DNA from: Bilabrum cf. latius
Taxonomy: Eukaryota
Assembly (NCBI GenBank): GCA_965178125.1
Contig: OZ237740.1
Coordinates: 868,001-932,000 of the forward strand
Length of the DNA stretch: 64,000 bases
Direction: 5' to 3'
Below the pieces are notes generated by a model. The model saw nothing but the letters and a program-made list of their open reading frames with translations. It was not told the DNA's origin and did not search any database. Position 1 is the stretch's first letter; every line of letters begins with the position of its first letter. Both the position numbers and the translations under genes were made by a program. Below, piece by piece: positions 49,686 to 62,600 of this stretch.

Positions 49686-50681
49686 ATGCTTTCGGACCAG
49701 GAGCCATGGTGACAACAGCGGCAATGCAGGAGTACGGTCATCAAGGAAGACGAATCCTGCGCATCCGAGCTGGACAATACCCACAGCAGGGAACGCCCAA
49801 CCTCCAGGTATCGGGCACCGCGGTAGAGCAGATGGAGCGGGCTGAGCATGAGCGTCACGCCGAAACGAAGCCGTGGCAACCTGATGCCGGGGATCAGAAT
49901 AGAGGGAGGTCGCCCGCCTCTCTTCGGAAAGCATGGGCGAAGACAGCTCTCGCCCTGGATCCCTGGGACGAGAAGCTGGAACACACCAACAGGGCCAAGC
50001 CAATCGTCGAAGGCGCGCTCATTCGGATAGAGCGCACGATTGCACGGTCCTCGGAACGTACAGCTGTCAAGGTGCTGGCCAACCAAGTGGTGCAGGTGCT
50101 CCGAAACCAGCTGCGCCAGCAGGAGCAACTGACATGCAGGCAGTGGATGCGTGGTGATGCGGCGGCTGCCTTAGCCGCCACGGCCACGCAGGAGCTGATA
50201 GCGGCAACCAATGCGAACGCCCGACTACAGCGACGGATTTTCAAGCCCCACGGCTTGCTAAAGGATATAGAGAGGCAATGGGCCAAAGGCATGAGCGCGT
50301 GCATGCTCGCCTCTCTGAAGGATCGTGAGACGCAGAGACGGTCATGGAGGAGGAAATGGTGGGTCTCGACCGGGGACCCCGATGTGGGACTGGACCGCGC
50401 CTTGTGCCGGGCACACGCTCCGCACCTGTATGCTTTCTCCTTGTGAAGGCAACAGGCTGGGGGCCTGTGGGGGACCACACTGATGGCGAAGAATGGGAAC
50501 TCGGCGGCATAGGCTGAGAACGGGGGGCCTTTGGCCTGAAAGGGCCGGGGGTCTTGTAGTCCTTTGTTTTTAGGGCTCCTCTGGATCTAGGTGATCACCC
50601 AAACCCCCTCGGGGGCAACGGTGCATCTGGGTGTTTATGGAATCTTTACCCAACAATGTATTTCTGTATATTTCTGTATTT
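49686..50681 (+). mobile_element. 5'-truncated LINE family-1 copy A
   Basis: ORF 49706-50446 is nearly identical in protein to 38520-37773(-), followed by the same 3' UTR and GTATTTCT tail. Flanked by CAAGAC at 49680-49685 and 50682-50687. Confidence 0.93.
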
Positions 50682-50684
50682 CAA

Positions 50685-50960
50685 GACCGCGCATTATGCC
50701 GGGCCCACGCAGTATGCCTGTGTGTCTACGGATACCCGAAATAAAGGCTCCGGGACTGCTGCGAAGGAGGGCTTGAAGGCGACAAAGGGAGGTCCCAACA
50801 TCAGGGCCGGTATATGGGGGGCCTTTGGTCTGAAAGGGTCGGGGGTCTTGTAGTCCTCTTATGAGGGCTCCTACCGCTGCAGGTGATCACCTGAGATATG
50901 GTGCATCTGTGGCGGGTTCGGTAACTTAACCCAACAATGTATTTCTGTATTTCTGTATTT
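50685..50960 (+). mobile_element. 5'-truncated divergent LINE family-1-related copy B
   Basis: Begins gaccgcgcattatgccgggcccacgc (DRALCRAHA) and has the ggcctttggtctgaaaggg block and (GTATTTCT)n tail. Followed by CAAGAC at 50961-50966. Confidence 0.82.
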
Positions 50961-53900
50961 CAAGACAGCATAACCATGACGGTGGACTTTCGTCCGCAAC
51001 CATACAGATGAAAGATTCACCACTTCCATCTGCAGGTCCCATCCACTCCGTCTTCTCACCATCCATACAGACTTGCTCGTGGCGCCATCCGCCTTACCAA
51101 TCTCGTCTGCAGTGCCTCGTTGACGTCATTCTACCTGTTCCAAAGCTTCCTTTCTCCGTCCCTCAACCTAACGGTTCCTCGGATCGCTCTTAGCCCAGTC
51201 CTGCACCATATCTCCTCCATCTACTTTCGCACGCCTCTCATCTTCCGCTCATCCGGTCGTCCTCTAGGTCTCCCCCAATTCGTCCATCTCTCTAGCCCAG
51301 TCACAAGAGTTGGCCATGCTGACAAGGATGTTCCTCGCCATCTCAACATCCGACACCGCGTCGGGTACCTACTCCATGCGTTCTCCATTGCGTCCAGGAA
51401 TCCACTCAGTTCCTTCCTTTGCACTTCCTCCTTGATCCTGTGCACTACCTACCTCATCCTTGGAATTGCTGCTCCCTTGGATGACTCAATCGGCTCCGAC
51501 TCCCAGGGTTTCTCTGTCCATGGGGATCGTCCATCCACCTCCTTCACCAGCAACTTCGTCGTCTGCTCCGTCGTGCCCTGGCCCGATTGCCATCGCTGAA
51601 CCAGCCTCCTCACCTGACGCTGACCTTCTGGTGTAAGCACCGTCGGCCGTGGCAATATCATGCACCGAGCCTTAAGTGCCAATCTCCCAAGGTTCCCCCG
51701 GTTCTGTACCCCCGCGAGCTTTGGGATAGCCCCTGGTCCGAACACTCCCAACTAGGACCCGTCCATCCACTCTCGTACCATAGCATAGGCAACTGCATCG
51801 TGTTTCTGCGCCCTGGGGATCGCCCTATTCCCTCGTAGTGTAGCGTACATGAGGTCCATGTACAGCTTCTTCGTACCCGAGTGACCCGACAGAGCCTTTT
51901 GTGCGATCCTAGTCATTTCAGCCTTCGCCAGTTGCCGTATAGCGTCCTTGCGGACCACTTCCGCCGTTGCTCCTCTAGCAAGAACCTCCTCGTCCCTGAC
52001 CGTCCATCGTCTCAGACACTCCCCCGCTGCATCGAGGGGTCCAGTCCCAGCCCCGCCATCTCGAACTTTGTTGAATACTGCTCTCTTGAAAGTGGCCCAG
52101 GGTGACGTGTTCCTAACCGGTTCTCGTACCACCCATACCGCCCGAAGCAGTTGCAGGTGAACCCTTGATGCGGCGTCCGCCGGTAGTACCTCAATGTCAC
52201 ATACCGACGTGCCTGGTTTCCTAGGTCCGATCACTTTCGGGTAGGCTTCCATCTTCCCAAACACTAGCGCTGACCTGACCTCCTGTAACAATCTATCCAT
52301 TGTTTCGAGTGCCTCAGCGTTCATGGTTATCCCGTCTCTCTCGATGGTCCTCTACCCCAGGACCTCCTCCCACCCGGTCACTGGCACTGCAGCCTCTGAT
52401 CCATACAGCATCCCCATCACCGTCGTCTGATAGAGTAGCTGTGCATGAAGCTTAATTCCCCAGTTGCACTCCACAGCTGCCCTGGTGACAAGTTGACCAT
52501 TCATTCGGGCCATGCTGACCCTACAGTGCACGTGTGGCATCATGTCCACCGCGTGATACTTCTCCTTCGGTGAGCTCCCCTATATCACCCTCACTGATAT
52601 TCGCAACCCGAGGTACTTGTACGCCCGTACGACTGGAACATCTCTGCTCTCTGCAGCTCCTGCCTGTTGCAACTCTACCGCATCCACCGAATGCCCCTTG
52701 CGTTCAAATTCTTCTGCCGCTCGCCCGAACGGCATAAACGCTGTCTTCTCCCCGATTCCGTTCACTCCTGTTTTTTTGATCCCTAGAGTCAACCCAGCCG
52801 CCCGCGCCAACTTCGACATTTTCGCGTACGCCCTCAAGGCTAATCGCCTGTTGCGGACCAGTATCACGTAGTCGTCTGCGTATGCTGCGTGCATAACGTA
52901 AATGGACTTATTCCGGTACCTGAGTCTGACTGGGGCTGCCCCTTCAGCCAGGAGTTCGCGCCTCATGGTCTCCAAAATGGGTGCTATGTACACCAAAAAC
53001 AGGGTGGGTGATAAGATTTCCCCCTGAGGTGCCCCGCCTTCTTTCACCACCGGGTTTGACAGTTCCCCTGTTCCAGGGTCACGTACTCTGACTCGCTGTC
53101 GTACCCTGTTCATCAAGTACCGGATCGATTGAGTTCCCCATCCCTGTTCCATCATCGTTTTCTCCAATATCTCCCACGAGCATGAGTCGTACGCTTGTTT
53201 GAAATCGAAGAAACACATGACTCCCCCAGCTCTGCCCTACTTGCTGATGCCTTGCATCATCGTCATGAAGGCTTGCTGGCAGTTACGTTCCCGTCGGAAT
53301 CCCATCTGGTCTCTCCCAAAGAGACCGTGTCGTTCGCAGTACCGCCTGACCTTGGTGTCCAGCATCGTACTGATCACCTTGCTGATCGTGGAGGTCCAAC
53401 AGACCGGCCTAAATCCCGACACCTCCATTGATCGCCGACCAGCCCCTGCCTTGTCCAGCGGCCGCATCATCGCCTCCTCTAGCTACGCCGGTTGGCATCC
53501 AGTGCACAGTATTGCATTCGATAGAGATCGTAAAACCTCGAGCAGACTGCCTTTGATGTCTGCGTGCGGATCGGCTGCACCCTCTCGCCGGATGAGCAAC
53601 ATGTCTTTCAGTTGATTCGAAGTGACCCCATCCAGACCCGTGGCTTTGTTGCGTCGTAAAGCTTTAATGGCATCTTCGACCTCCAGGTTGTCGTGACAGT
53701 ACAGATTCAGAACCCTGTTCGCTGTCGGCATATTCGGCCTAACTCTGTCGAAGTAGATGTCAGTTGCTGTCCTACGCTTCTTTGCCATCTCCCTAAGCCC
53801 TTCTGCGTGTCGATTGACGATCTCCGCTGTCGTTGATGTCATCGATCCGTTCGCCATCAGGATTGGCAGTAAGCCTTTTTCTCGCGTCGTTGTCACCCCC

Positions 53901-54170
53901 TCCCTGTTCCTCGCCGCCTGCTTGATCCTGTCCGTGATGACTCGCCATCTTGCCGCGGATGTCGTGGATTGAGCGTCAGTCCACAGTCGATCTCCATCGA
54001 GCCTCATGCCCTGCTCTGTCACTGCCATCCTGGTCTGCTACTGCAGCTCCGCTAGCTCGAGCAGTTGTTTGCAATGCGCAACTCGAATTGACGCGTCATC
54101 ATTCGATGGAACCTTCGACGCATCATGCAAAGCGATGAGCTGGGCACTCTGTTCATTGCACGCATTGCGA

Positions 54171-56423
54171 TTATCGTGCATCTTCAGAAACTTCCCTGGA
54201 CTTCCTGGTCTCCGGCGGCTCTTCTAGGTGCGTCGGCAGCCAATGGACGGCAGCAGCCACTCCGACCATCAAGATCGCGGCAAGGTTGAAGACCGCCGAG
54301 GCTCCCAGCGGCCACACGCGCCAGCTCTCATGGTCAGCTGCCTGGTTCAGCGAGAACGCCAGCACAGAGCCGCCCATGGCCGGACCTAAGGCCTTCCCCA
54401 CTGACGCTATCGTCATGGCGAGGCCATTCAGCTGTCCCCGCTGCTTCGACGGCACGGTGTTGTTGATCGTGATTGCCATCGAAATGAACTGCGCCAAACT
54501 GACGCCTGCACTCTGGAAGATCAGGAGCACGGCGGGCGCCCAGAAGACCGCCAGGCTGTAGGCGCTGAGGTCGGGTGCAGACGCCTGGCCATGGACCTGC
54601 GTGCAGTTTCCATGCTCTCCAAGGCTGTTGTCCACCATTGTTTGCGCGCCTACTGCGTCGCTGGGCATCATGATGCTTTCCGATCCATCGATGGTGCAGT
54701 TGGAGCCCTGAGGCTGCTGCTGCAATTCGTCGTGGTTGGCATGGGAGCGCGCAGCATCCCCCAGGAGAGCCACCAGGGGGATCGCAACGAAGCCCGGCAC
54801 CATGAGCCAGCTGGACCACTGCAACATGCTCATCTGACTGACGCACTTGCGGATGCACATGAAGACCGTCAGCTGGAACAAAACCATCAGTCCCCCGTTA
54901 AGCGCCATTACCACGCCCGTCTGCGCAGGTGTCATCCCGAGACCACGGTCTTCCACTGGAGTCTGGGCCCAAGTCGGAAGCGCCTCATCCACGGATATTT
55001 TGATCATGCTCGTTGCCGAGTAGATCAGAATGGCCGCCATGACCACTGGCTGGCAGACGAGGTAGCGATCGTCCTCCGATTCAGGTGACCTGAATGCGTC
55101 GGCACCCGCGCTCATTCTTTGCCCCCGATGCTCGCCCTACCCTATCAATCCACCGTGTTCCTCATCACTGTCGCTTTCGCCTACATCGATGGGAGCTACC
55201 GCAGGAGCGACGGGGGCGACTGCCCCGTCTGCCAGTGGGCTGTCTTGGATCACCTACGGCGCATTGGGGGCTGGTAGACTGCTGCTTTCACCTCCTTCTG
55301 ATGCAGCACTATTGACATCCTTTTTTCTGTCTTGAGAGAGCTCGCTTCTCTCAGCCATTTCAATTCCGAGTTCCAGCTCGTTCGCGACCCCGTCCCATCT
55401 TTGGCCCAGCGGATTCGAGAGGATATCGCGGAGCTCAGCGTCGTGGAGAACTTTCCTAGCTCGATTCACCAGTTCCGGATACCGAGCTGCAATGCGCTCG
55501 CCCTCGCCACTGAGTGTCATGCTACCCAGATCGTCGCTGTCCTCGTCCTCGTCCTCGTCCTCGTCCTGACCACTGCGGTCACCGTGACGGTGCATGTGGG
55601 CGGCGCCGAGCCTTGCGTACCGCGCTTCGTCTCCGCCCGGTCGTGGCCCTGCTGACGGACTCTCAGTTTCCACAGCTACAGCGCCGCTGGACTTCGCCTT
55701 GATATCATTCTCAGGAGCATGGCGCCTTGAGTGAGCACGACCTATGCAAACGCACGGGCCTAGGCAGCCATCCATGGACGCGTGCTCGACTGTCTCTGGT
55801 ACGATCGCAGCAACCGCCACAAACACGATCGCTGCTATCACACTGACCGCGAGGCACGGCAGAAGGATCGGCTCATCTTCGAACACTGTACCCTTGAACG
55901 TGCCCGGCATTGATTCGGCTGGATTGGCCAGCGCGCCTCCGATCGCCGGACCCAGAATCAGCCCGGCCGACCATGCCGCCGTCGAGAACGACATTGCGGC
56001 TGTCTGTTTTTCTGGGGGAACCAGCTCACTGACCATTGCCTTAATTGTACCCACTATGGCGTTTAGCAAGCCGGTTAGCAGCCGAATGGAGAACGCGACC
56101 GTGAAAGACCTAGTCATCGCAAATGCTGGCATGAGAACAGCAACTGCACCCGTTCCGAGAAGCAATGGGAATCGGCGGCCAGTTCTGTCGCTCAACATTC
56201 CGAGCGGAAGGCTGCTCAGAGTTCGACCGACCATAAAGGCAGCAGCAAGCGCACCGGCCCAGTAACCAATATCCCTGTGATCCTCTACCCCTGTTCGCAG
56301 TACAAATACAGGTAATATGGGAAATAGAGACGTGATTGCCACAGCATTGATGAGATTAGCGCCAGCAAGAGCTGCAAGCCAGTAGTACTCAAGCAACGTG
56401 AGCGATTCTTCACTTTTCCCCAT
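54171..56423 (-). CDS. MFS transporter, ZIFL1/DHA1-like, with a long central loop
   Basis: GMLSDRTGRR motif A, DIGYWAG, GLILGPAIGGALA and QRGQLNGLAMTIASVGKALGPAMGG. The halves join via TAG. Ends TAA at the LINE junction. Confidence 0.88.
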
Positions 56424-56687
56424 TTCAAGTGCAGTTGCAGCGACCAGATAAAGAGAATACGTTCAAGCACAAGTACATATCCTGTTGTCCTTGCAAATTT
56501 ACGAGTTTCTGCACAGGGTGACGAGCCGGCGGTGGGCCGGGGAGCCGGCGGCAGGCGGCGAAGCGGCACGGGGTCGCAAGCTGCCGCAGTGGTCAAGAAT
56601 ACGATTGACGTTGGTTGTGCAATGATAGTCTCAACCCTTCACCTAAAATCTTATCAAACACAAAGCATAAAACACGAATCGCTATCC

Positions 56688-59600
56688 TCACGACACTACG
56701 CACTGCCCAGAGCCATCCCCCCCACCATGCCCTTGCCCAGGCCGGATCCTCCCGCCTTGCTCCAGCCTGAGAGCCTCACCCTCATCTCCTCTGGCTCGAG
56801 CCAGCCGCACGCGCAGCTCCTACCGTCTCCGAAGCTGCGCGATCGTCGCGTCGTACACGGAGACTGCGTCCACGCCGGCCTCGCGAGCGGGGTGCTCGCC
56901 GTCACGATAGCTGAAGTGCAGCTCCTCGGCCGCCCCCCCGAAGCGCAGCCTGTACTTCAAATTCGCCGCTAGGCGCACGGCGGGGCGCAGCCGCCTCGTA
57001 CCATCCGGAATCGAAACCCGCATGGTCTCCCAATGGCTGCTGACACCGAGCACGCCGGCGCCGAAGTCGTGCAATGCATAATGCACGGTGCCAGTCAGCG
57101 TGTCTACAACGGTCCTCACAAACAACCGCTTGTGATCCAGTTTCTTGTGAATCGTCTCGTAGTTGTAGCTTCGCGCGTTACCGAAGGACTCGTTTCCGTG
57201 CACCAGCTGGCCTCCCGAGTCGCAGTTGAGCGCCCAAGAGTGCGCGTCGATTCCAAACGAGTTGGCGGACTGGTTGGGGACAGGGAAGAACTCGGCATCA
57301 ACCCAAGCCAGATGCAGCTGGAGGGCTTGTTGGCCGCCAGTTGGCTGCACCTCCACTTCGAATGCAATCACGGGACGCAGCTGCCTCAGCATCTTTGCCG
57401 TCTCAGTTGCGGGCGAGTCGTCCTTGGCCTACGGGAAGAATGCCTTGAATTCCCGCAAAGTGGGGATGCCCACGGGGAACCCGGGAATTCTCGCGGTCAG
57501 GTGCACGAAGGAACCCGGGGATAGCAGCCTGACGGGGTGGCCGTTGGATTCCGAGGCGAGACCGGCCACGGGATCTCTGAACATGCCAGACTTCTCCTTC
57601 TGAAGAATCGCCTTCTTCAGCCTGTCAACGTACTCCTCGGCAGTCTCTGTCGAGACCGCCAATGGTATCGCTGGCCCGCCACTCGGAGCGCCATTGCTCT
57701 CGAGCACTTGCAGCGGCAGCCGTAGGGGCATCTCTTCCGGAGTTTGAGGCTCGCCATCCGTTGCGAATGCAGTGGACGGCCCACGCATGAGGGCAGGTGG
57801 TGCCGCGAGGGGGTCTGACGGAGAACCTCCTCCGCCAGCGCCCGCCCCCGAGGCTGGCCCTGACTCATCATCGTCCACCTGCATTGCCCTCGCAGCTAGC
57901 GCCAGGTCGGCCCCCGCGGGTATCGCCGCAGCAAACGCGTCCTCCCCCTCTGCCAGGTCAGGCGACTCGCCTGCTTCCGCCTGCTTCTGCTGGGCCTCGG
58001 CCAGAGCGCGCTGCAGCACCGGTGATCTCTCGAGAACCCACGAGCCTAGCGACCTGTACCCACCCTTGCCAGGCGGCGGGCGATGCTGGAAGGGTTTCTA
58101 GCCCAGGTTCAGTCGCACCGCGTGACCCAATCCGATGGTGGCAGCAAACACCAGGCCCCCGGTTGCCTTCACGTCACGGTGTGCTACGCCCCACGGCGCC
58201 TCCCACGATCCGTTCAGGGAGTAAGACACTGTTCCTTCAAACATGTCAATGGCAATCCCAATCGTGTTCCCTGGCCTGGCCCAATCGGTTCCAAACTGCT
58301 CGCCAAACGGCTCGGGCTCGCCGTCGCTTCCAAGCTTGCAGGGTCGGTCCACAAAATCTTCATCGGTAAATTCTGGAGACACCGCACTCACCGAGAGATC
58401 TTCTCCGTCAGCGGATCCACTCGCAGCCCCGCCACTCGCACCACCACTCGCACCATGAGAGGACAGTGAGGCAGCACCGGTAGCCTCACCGCCAGACGGC
58501 GCCACACCATGCATCAAAACACCAGGGAACGCTACATTCCTCTCGTCAATGGACACCACTTGCTCTGCGTCAGCCTGGATAGCGGTGCCCATTGCAACGT
58601 TCGGCATTGGCATACCGTGAAAGCTAAAGACGTCGTCAAGCATGGCAGTTGGAGCGGGAGTCGCTTCCTCGCGGGCAGTGTCGGCGTGCTTGCCCTCATT
58701 GGCCTTGGCAAATGCTTCAATCTTGGCCAGCCGCTTACTCATGCCTGTTGATTCGTACCATTGCACCAGATCGGAGCAGAACGGTTCAACTCTAGCCCTG
58801 CATATCGCTGCTAAGCTGTAGAACGCTGCGTTGTCAGGGCGTCTATGCGGCTTCGTTAAAAGCCATTCCGCTGCCAGGGAGGCATTAAAAGTTGGCATGC
58901 TTTGATTACTTAGCCGAGCACCGAGTCCGAGCCTCGATCCGTACATTGGCTGGGATCTGAGGGCGCACAGCATAGTAGCTTGCCGCTGGCCGTAGTTCTA
59001 CGAAAACAAATTTCCCGTCGTCCCCTAAGCGACAGATTCCATGGGAACGAAGCCAACCTGGATGTCCGCTTCCAGCTGTGCCTTCGTGAGCGTGTACGAC
59101 GCCTTGTCCCCAGAGACTGCAACCTTCCACTGCTCCAGGCTGGCCATCTTGCTGTGCGCTGCAGCGGCATGCACCTCACGAAGCTGCGCAGGGGTCAGCC
59201 CGCTCACCTTGTTGAAGTCTAGGACCTCGAGCTCGAAGTACCAGCGGCCTCGTGTGATGCCTACGGTTGGCACGTGCACCACTGCAGAAAAGAGATTGTT
59301 CCTTCTGATCGCTTCTCCCTATAGTATGCTGGATACGTCCCCGCGGAACATGGTGCCGTCCGGCTTGATCTCGACGTCATTGGAGCCAGAAAGTCCCTGC
59401 ACTGGAACCGGGCGCCCCGCGCGCAGACCCGCTCGCTGCACGAGCTGCACCTCGCGCTGCAGGTCAACCAGCCGCTACACGCTGCCTGCGGCCGAGATGG
59501 ACGGACGGTACACGAAGCTGCGCTCCCCCAGATTCACGCCAGCCACGCCCCTGCAGTCCATTGACACCCCAACATTGACGCCCCCAGGCGTAGCCATCAG

Positions 59601-62600
59601 CCGATCCGCGCAGCTGTTCGCAGTGGAAGCTGGCGCAACTCCCACGAACTCTGGCGCATCCTCCAGGACAGGGATTCGGCTATACTCTGCAGACGTTGTG
59701 TCTTGGGACGATGCAGCGGCGGACGCGCCAGCCCCTGCGTCTGCTTGAGGTCCCACAGAGATGACCGGGTGCCCATTCAACGAGAACACGATCCTGCGGT
59801 GATCGGTGTCGATGCACATGCCAACCATATCGGAGATGCGAAGGGGCCTACAAGCAGGTGCACCACAGCGTTGAGCATTGGCCCAAATGAAGCCATCGTC
59901 GCCGAGTGCAATCGTATCAGGATGGGAGCCGATGCCGACGGTAGACCGCACGCTACCCTTGAAGCTCGTGACGCAGATGCCGATCAACACTGCCGGAGGC
60001 TGCAGGACCGCCTCCAGATCCAGATCCAGATTTGGATCCGCAATCATGTCTGTTCCAGCTTTCTTGGCCTCGACTTTCTTTGCAGCCTCGATACGCCTGC
60101 GAAGGCCCGCAATCATGGAGCCCTTGGCATTTGGCACTGGTCGATCCTCCACCACCAGATCGTCCTCAGGGCGGGCTGGCACAGTGGCATCTGGTAGTGC
60201 ACCAAAGAGGTCTTCTGAAGTACGAAGCATCTAAAACTCGCACGCAAACACGCCTGTACCGCTTTGCAAGGCAATAGCTCTCGGCTGCACGGTGACTACA
60301 CTCGACCGGACCGTTGGGGCAGACAGCACACCATCGGCACGAGTGATGGCAGCGCCACCCGAGGTCACCACCAAGTCGCCAATGTCCTCCAAACTGCGCG
60401 CCTCCTGGTGCAGGGGCTCTGCATCCGCGTACGTTTGCTATCGCAGCAGCCCAGGCGCTCCCAGCCGGTCACGACTGCGGCTGCCATCCTCCGACTCCTC
60501 CTTGGATTCGGCAGCTCTCGCCCCCTGCTGCGACGCAAGGAGGTTGTCAAGCCGTTTCTTTTGCAGCGACTCAAGCGCACGTCTGGCCTGATCCTCTGCT
60601 CGACCGTAAGCAGCTGCTCGGCTCTTGAGAGCGCCAGCTAGCACGCCTAGGTAACGCTCCACTCGCCGCGCTGCCCTGTCGGCCTCCTTGTCCGCTTTGG
60701 CAGAGAGCTCAACGAGTGTTTGCGCCCTCGTCGGTGGTTCCAGCGCCTGCTGGAACATATGCTTGCTCACCAGCCCTGCGCCATCCGTCGCAGACGAATC
60801 GATGAGCGCAGCCAAATCGCTGGCCGCTGCATCCACACCGATGGTGGGCAGAGCAGCAATGAGCTCGGACGGCGAGGCGTGCTCGCCAGTAGTGCCCCAG
60901 CGGATCTTAGACAGACCGCGAGGGACGGATCCGTGCATACGGATCAGTGCAGTGCGGATTTGCGCTGCAATCGCACGCAGCTTTAGGAATCTGAGCTGCA
61001 ACCGGCTGGTCATCACGGTAGCCAGCGGGGTTTGATCCCACCCAGACGCCTCTCTTCTTCGCTTGAGCACCATGTTGAAATACAGCTTGGATCGTTCCTG
61101 CGTGGGACTTGATCCCAGCGCAGCCAGAAGATGGGCCAGCTCGCTGTCGGTGAAGACAGTTTCCAGGTTGAAGAATCGCGCGGCCTGCAGCGGGATATTC
61201 GCTGCATCGATCCGATCCGCAGTGACGAGAGCGTCTGCTGCCCCGATGGATGACCCGGCCGCCCCGGCTCCACTCGCCGCGCCGCTCCCAGCCCCACCCA
61301 CCGAAAGGACCACGTCAGTTGCGCTGCTAGATTTGCCATATTCTTCTCCCTGCACAAGCTGCTGAGCTGTGCTTGGGGCAGCAAGAGATTCGTCCAGGTA
61401 CAGCTAATCCAACGCCACACCGTCCGTATCTACGAGCTCAATGGAGGCCTTCGCAACTCGCTCGTCATGAGAAGGCCACACTCGTCCCAACAATATATCC
61501 CTGGCATCCGTCACGTACGGAGACCTGGCGTGCAGTGCCCGCCTTAGCGCCGCGACCTCCTCAAGATTCACTGTGGAAACGCCACCAGCAAATCCAGGGC
61601 CGCGCACTGCATGCTTCGGCGGGTGGGGCTAGCCCCTCGGCGGCGGAACCCACTTGAGCACTACCATAACGTTCTTTAGTGGCCACATTGGCTCCGTGTA
61701 CGCTTCGCTTGTCGGCGGCGTATGGTTGTAAGAAAGCAGGAAGTTGTGCGGCATGTCAAGATCTGGGGCATCCTCCCACAGGCGGACAGCCTAGTACTCA
61801 GCAAGGCTCATGCCCTCCACGAGCTTGTGCCGATGCAAAGGAGACACGTCGAAAGCAGCAGCAGCCGCGACTCTGGCTGCATCGGACAAACCAGCAATGG
61901 AGCGATCAGACATGTGCGCCTCATCGAAATCAACGGGCAGCGTGAGATCGGCCAATGCCCATTGCTTCGGGAAACGACATGCGTCTCGATCGCGTGGTGC
62001 AGTGACAAGCTCTTGGAGCACTTCTTGCTCCTTCTCTTGCTGTTTTTCCTGCTCACGTTCCTGGGTGACTTCCTGCTGACTCACTAGCTCTCCGTCAAAC
62101 CCAACGATCCGAGCTGCTGCGTATTCGACAGCAGCGTCTCCTCCCAGCACATCGTCACCATCTGCAGTCCCTTCATCATCGGCGGCAGTTTTGCTCTCGG
62201 CTGCACCAGATGAAGCATGCTGCTGCTCCTACAACTCTCGCTGCCTCTCCCTGGCAGCTCTTATTCTGCGCTGCAGGCTGCTATCTCGGGAACTTTGAGC
62301 GTCCGCTACGGCCAGGAGAATAACGTCCCGAGCCGCCGTTCTCGCGTCCCTGAGCGCCTCAGACGCATATCCTCGCATGGTTGTATCATCCCCAACAATA
62401 TCGCGCCACTCATGGAGCATTCTCTCTAGCTTCTGCGCGAATCCGATCGGAGGCTCGATAACGGCCGGCACATCGAACTCGAGGGGGTCCAAGAACGCCT
62501 CCACGCACCGCGAGAGTAGTTTCTGCCGCTTGTCCACCCCAATGAGAACGTCAGATCGCTTCAGGTCGTAGCGTGTCAGCTTCTTCTAGGGCATACTATG

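Larger units (their letters stand above)
49621..54200 (-). mobile_element. 5'-truncated LINE (family 2): RT and C-terminal ORF about 54200-51056; 3' UTR interrupted by two family-1 copies; (AGATTTC)n tail at 49621-49646
   Basis: NKATGLDGV, FRPVCWTS, DQMGFRRERNCQQAF, FFDFKQAYDS, GAPQGEILSPTLF, AYADD and YKYLG. Pieces join in one frame through TAG and end TGA at 51056-51058. Confidence 0.88.

Noticed and set aside
50520-50680. Hammerhead or HDV ribozyme in the LINE 3' UTR
   Set aside because: Hairpins are present, but no complete CUGANGA/GAAA core or HDV pseudoknot could be assembled.
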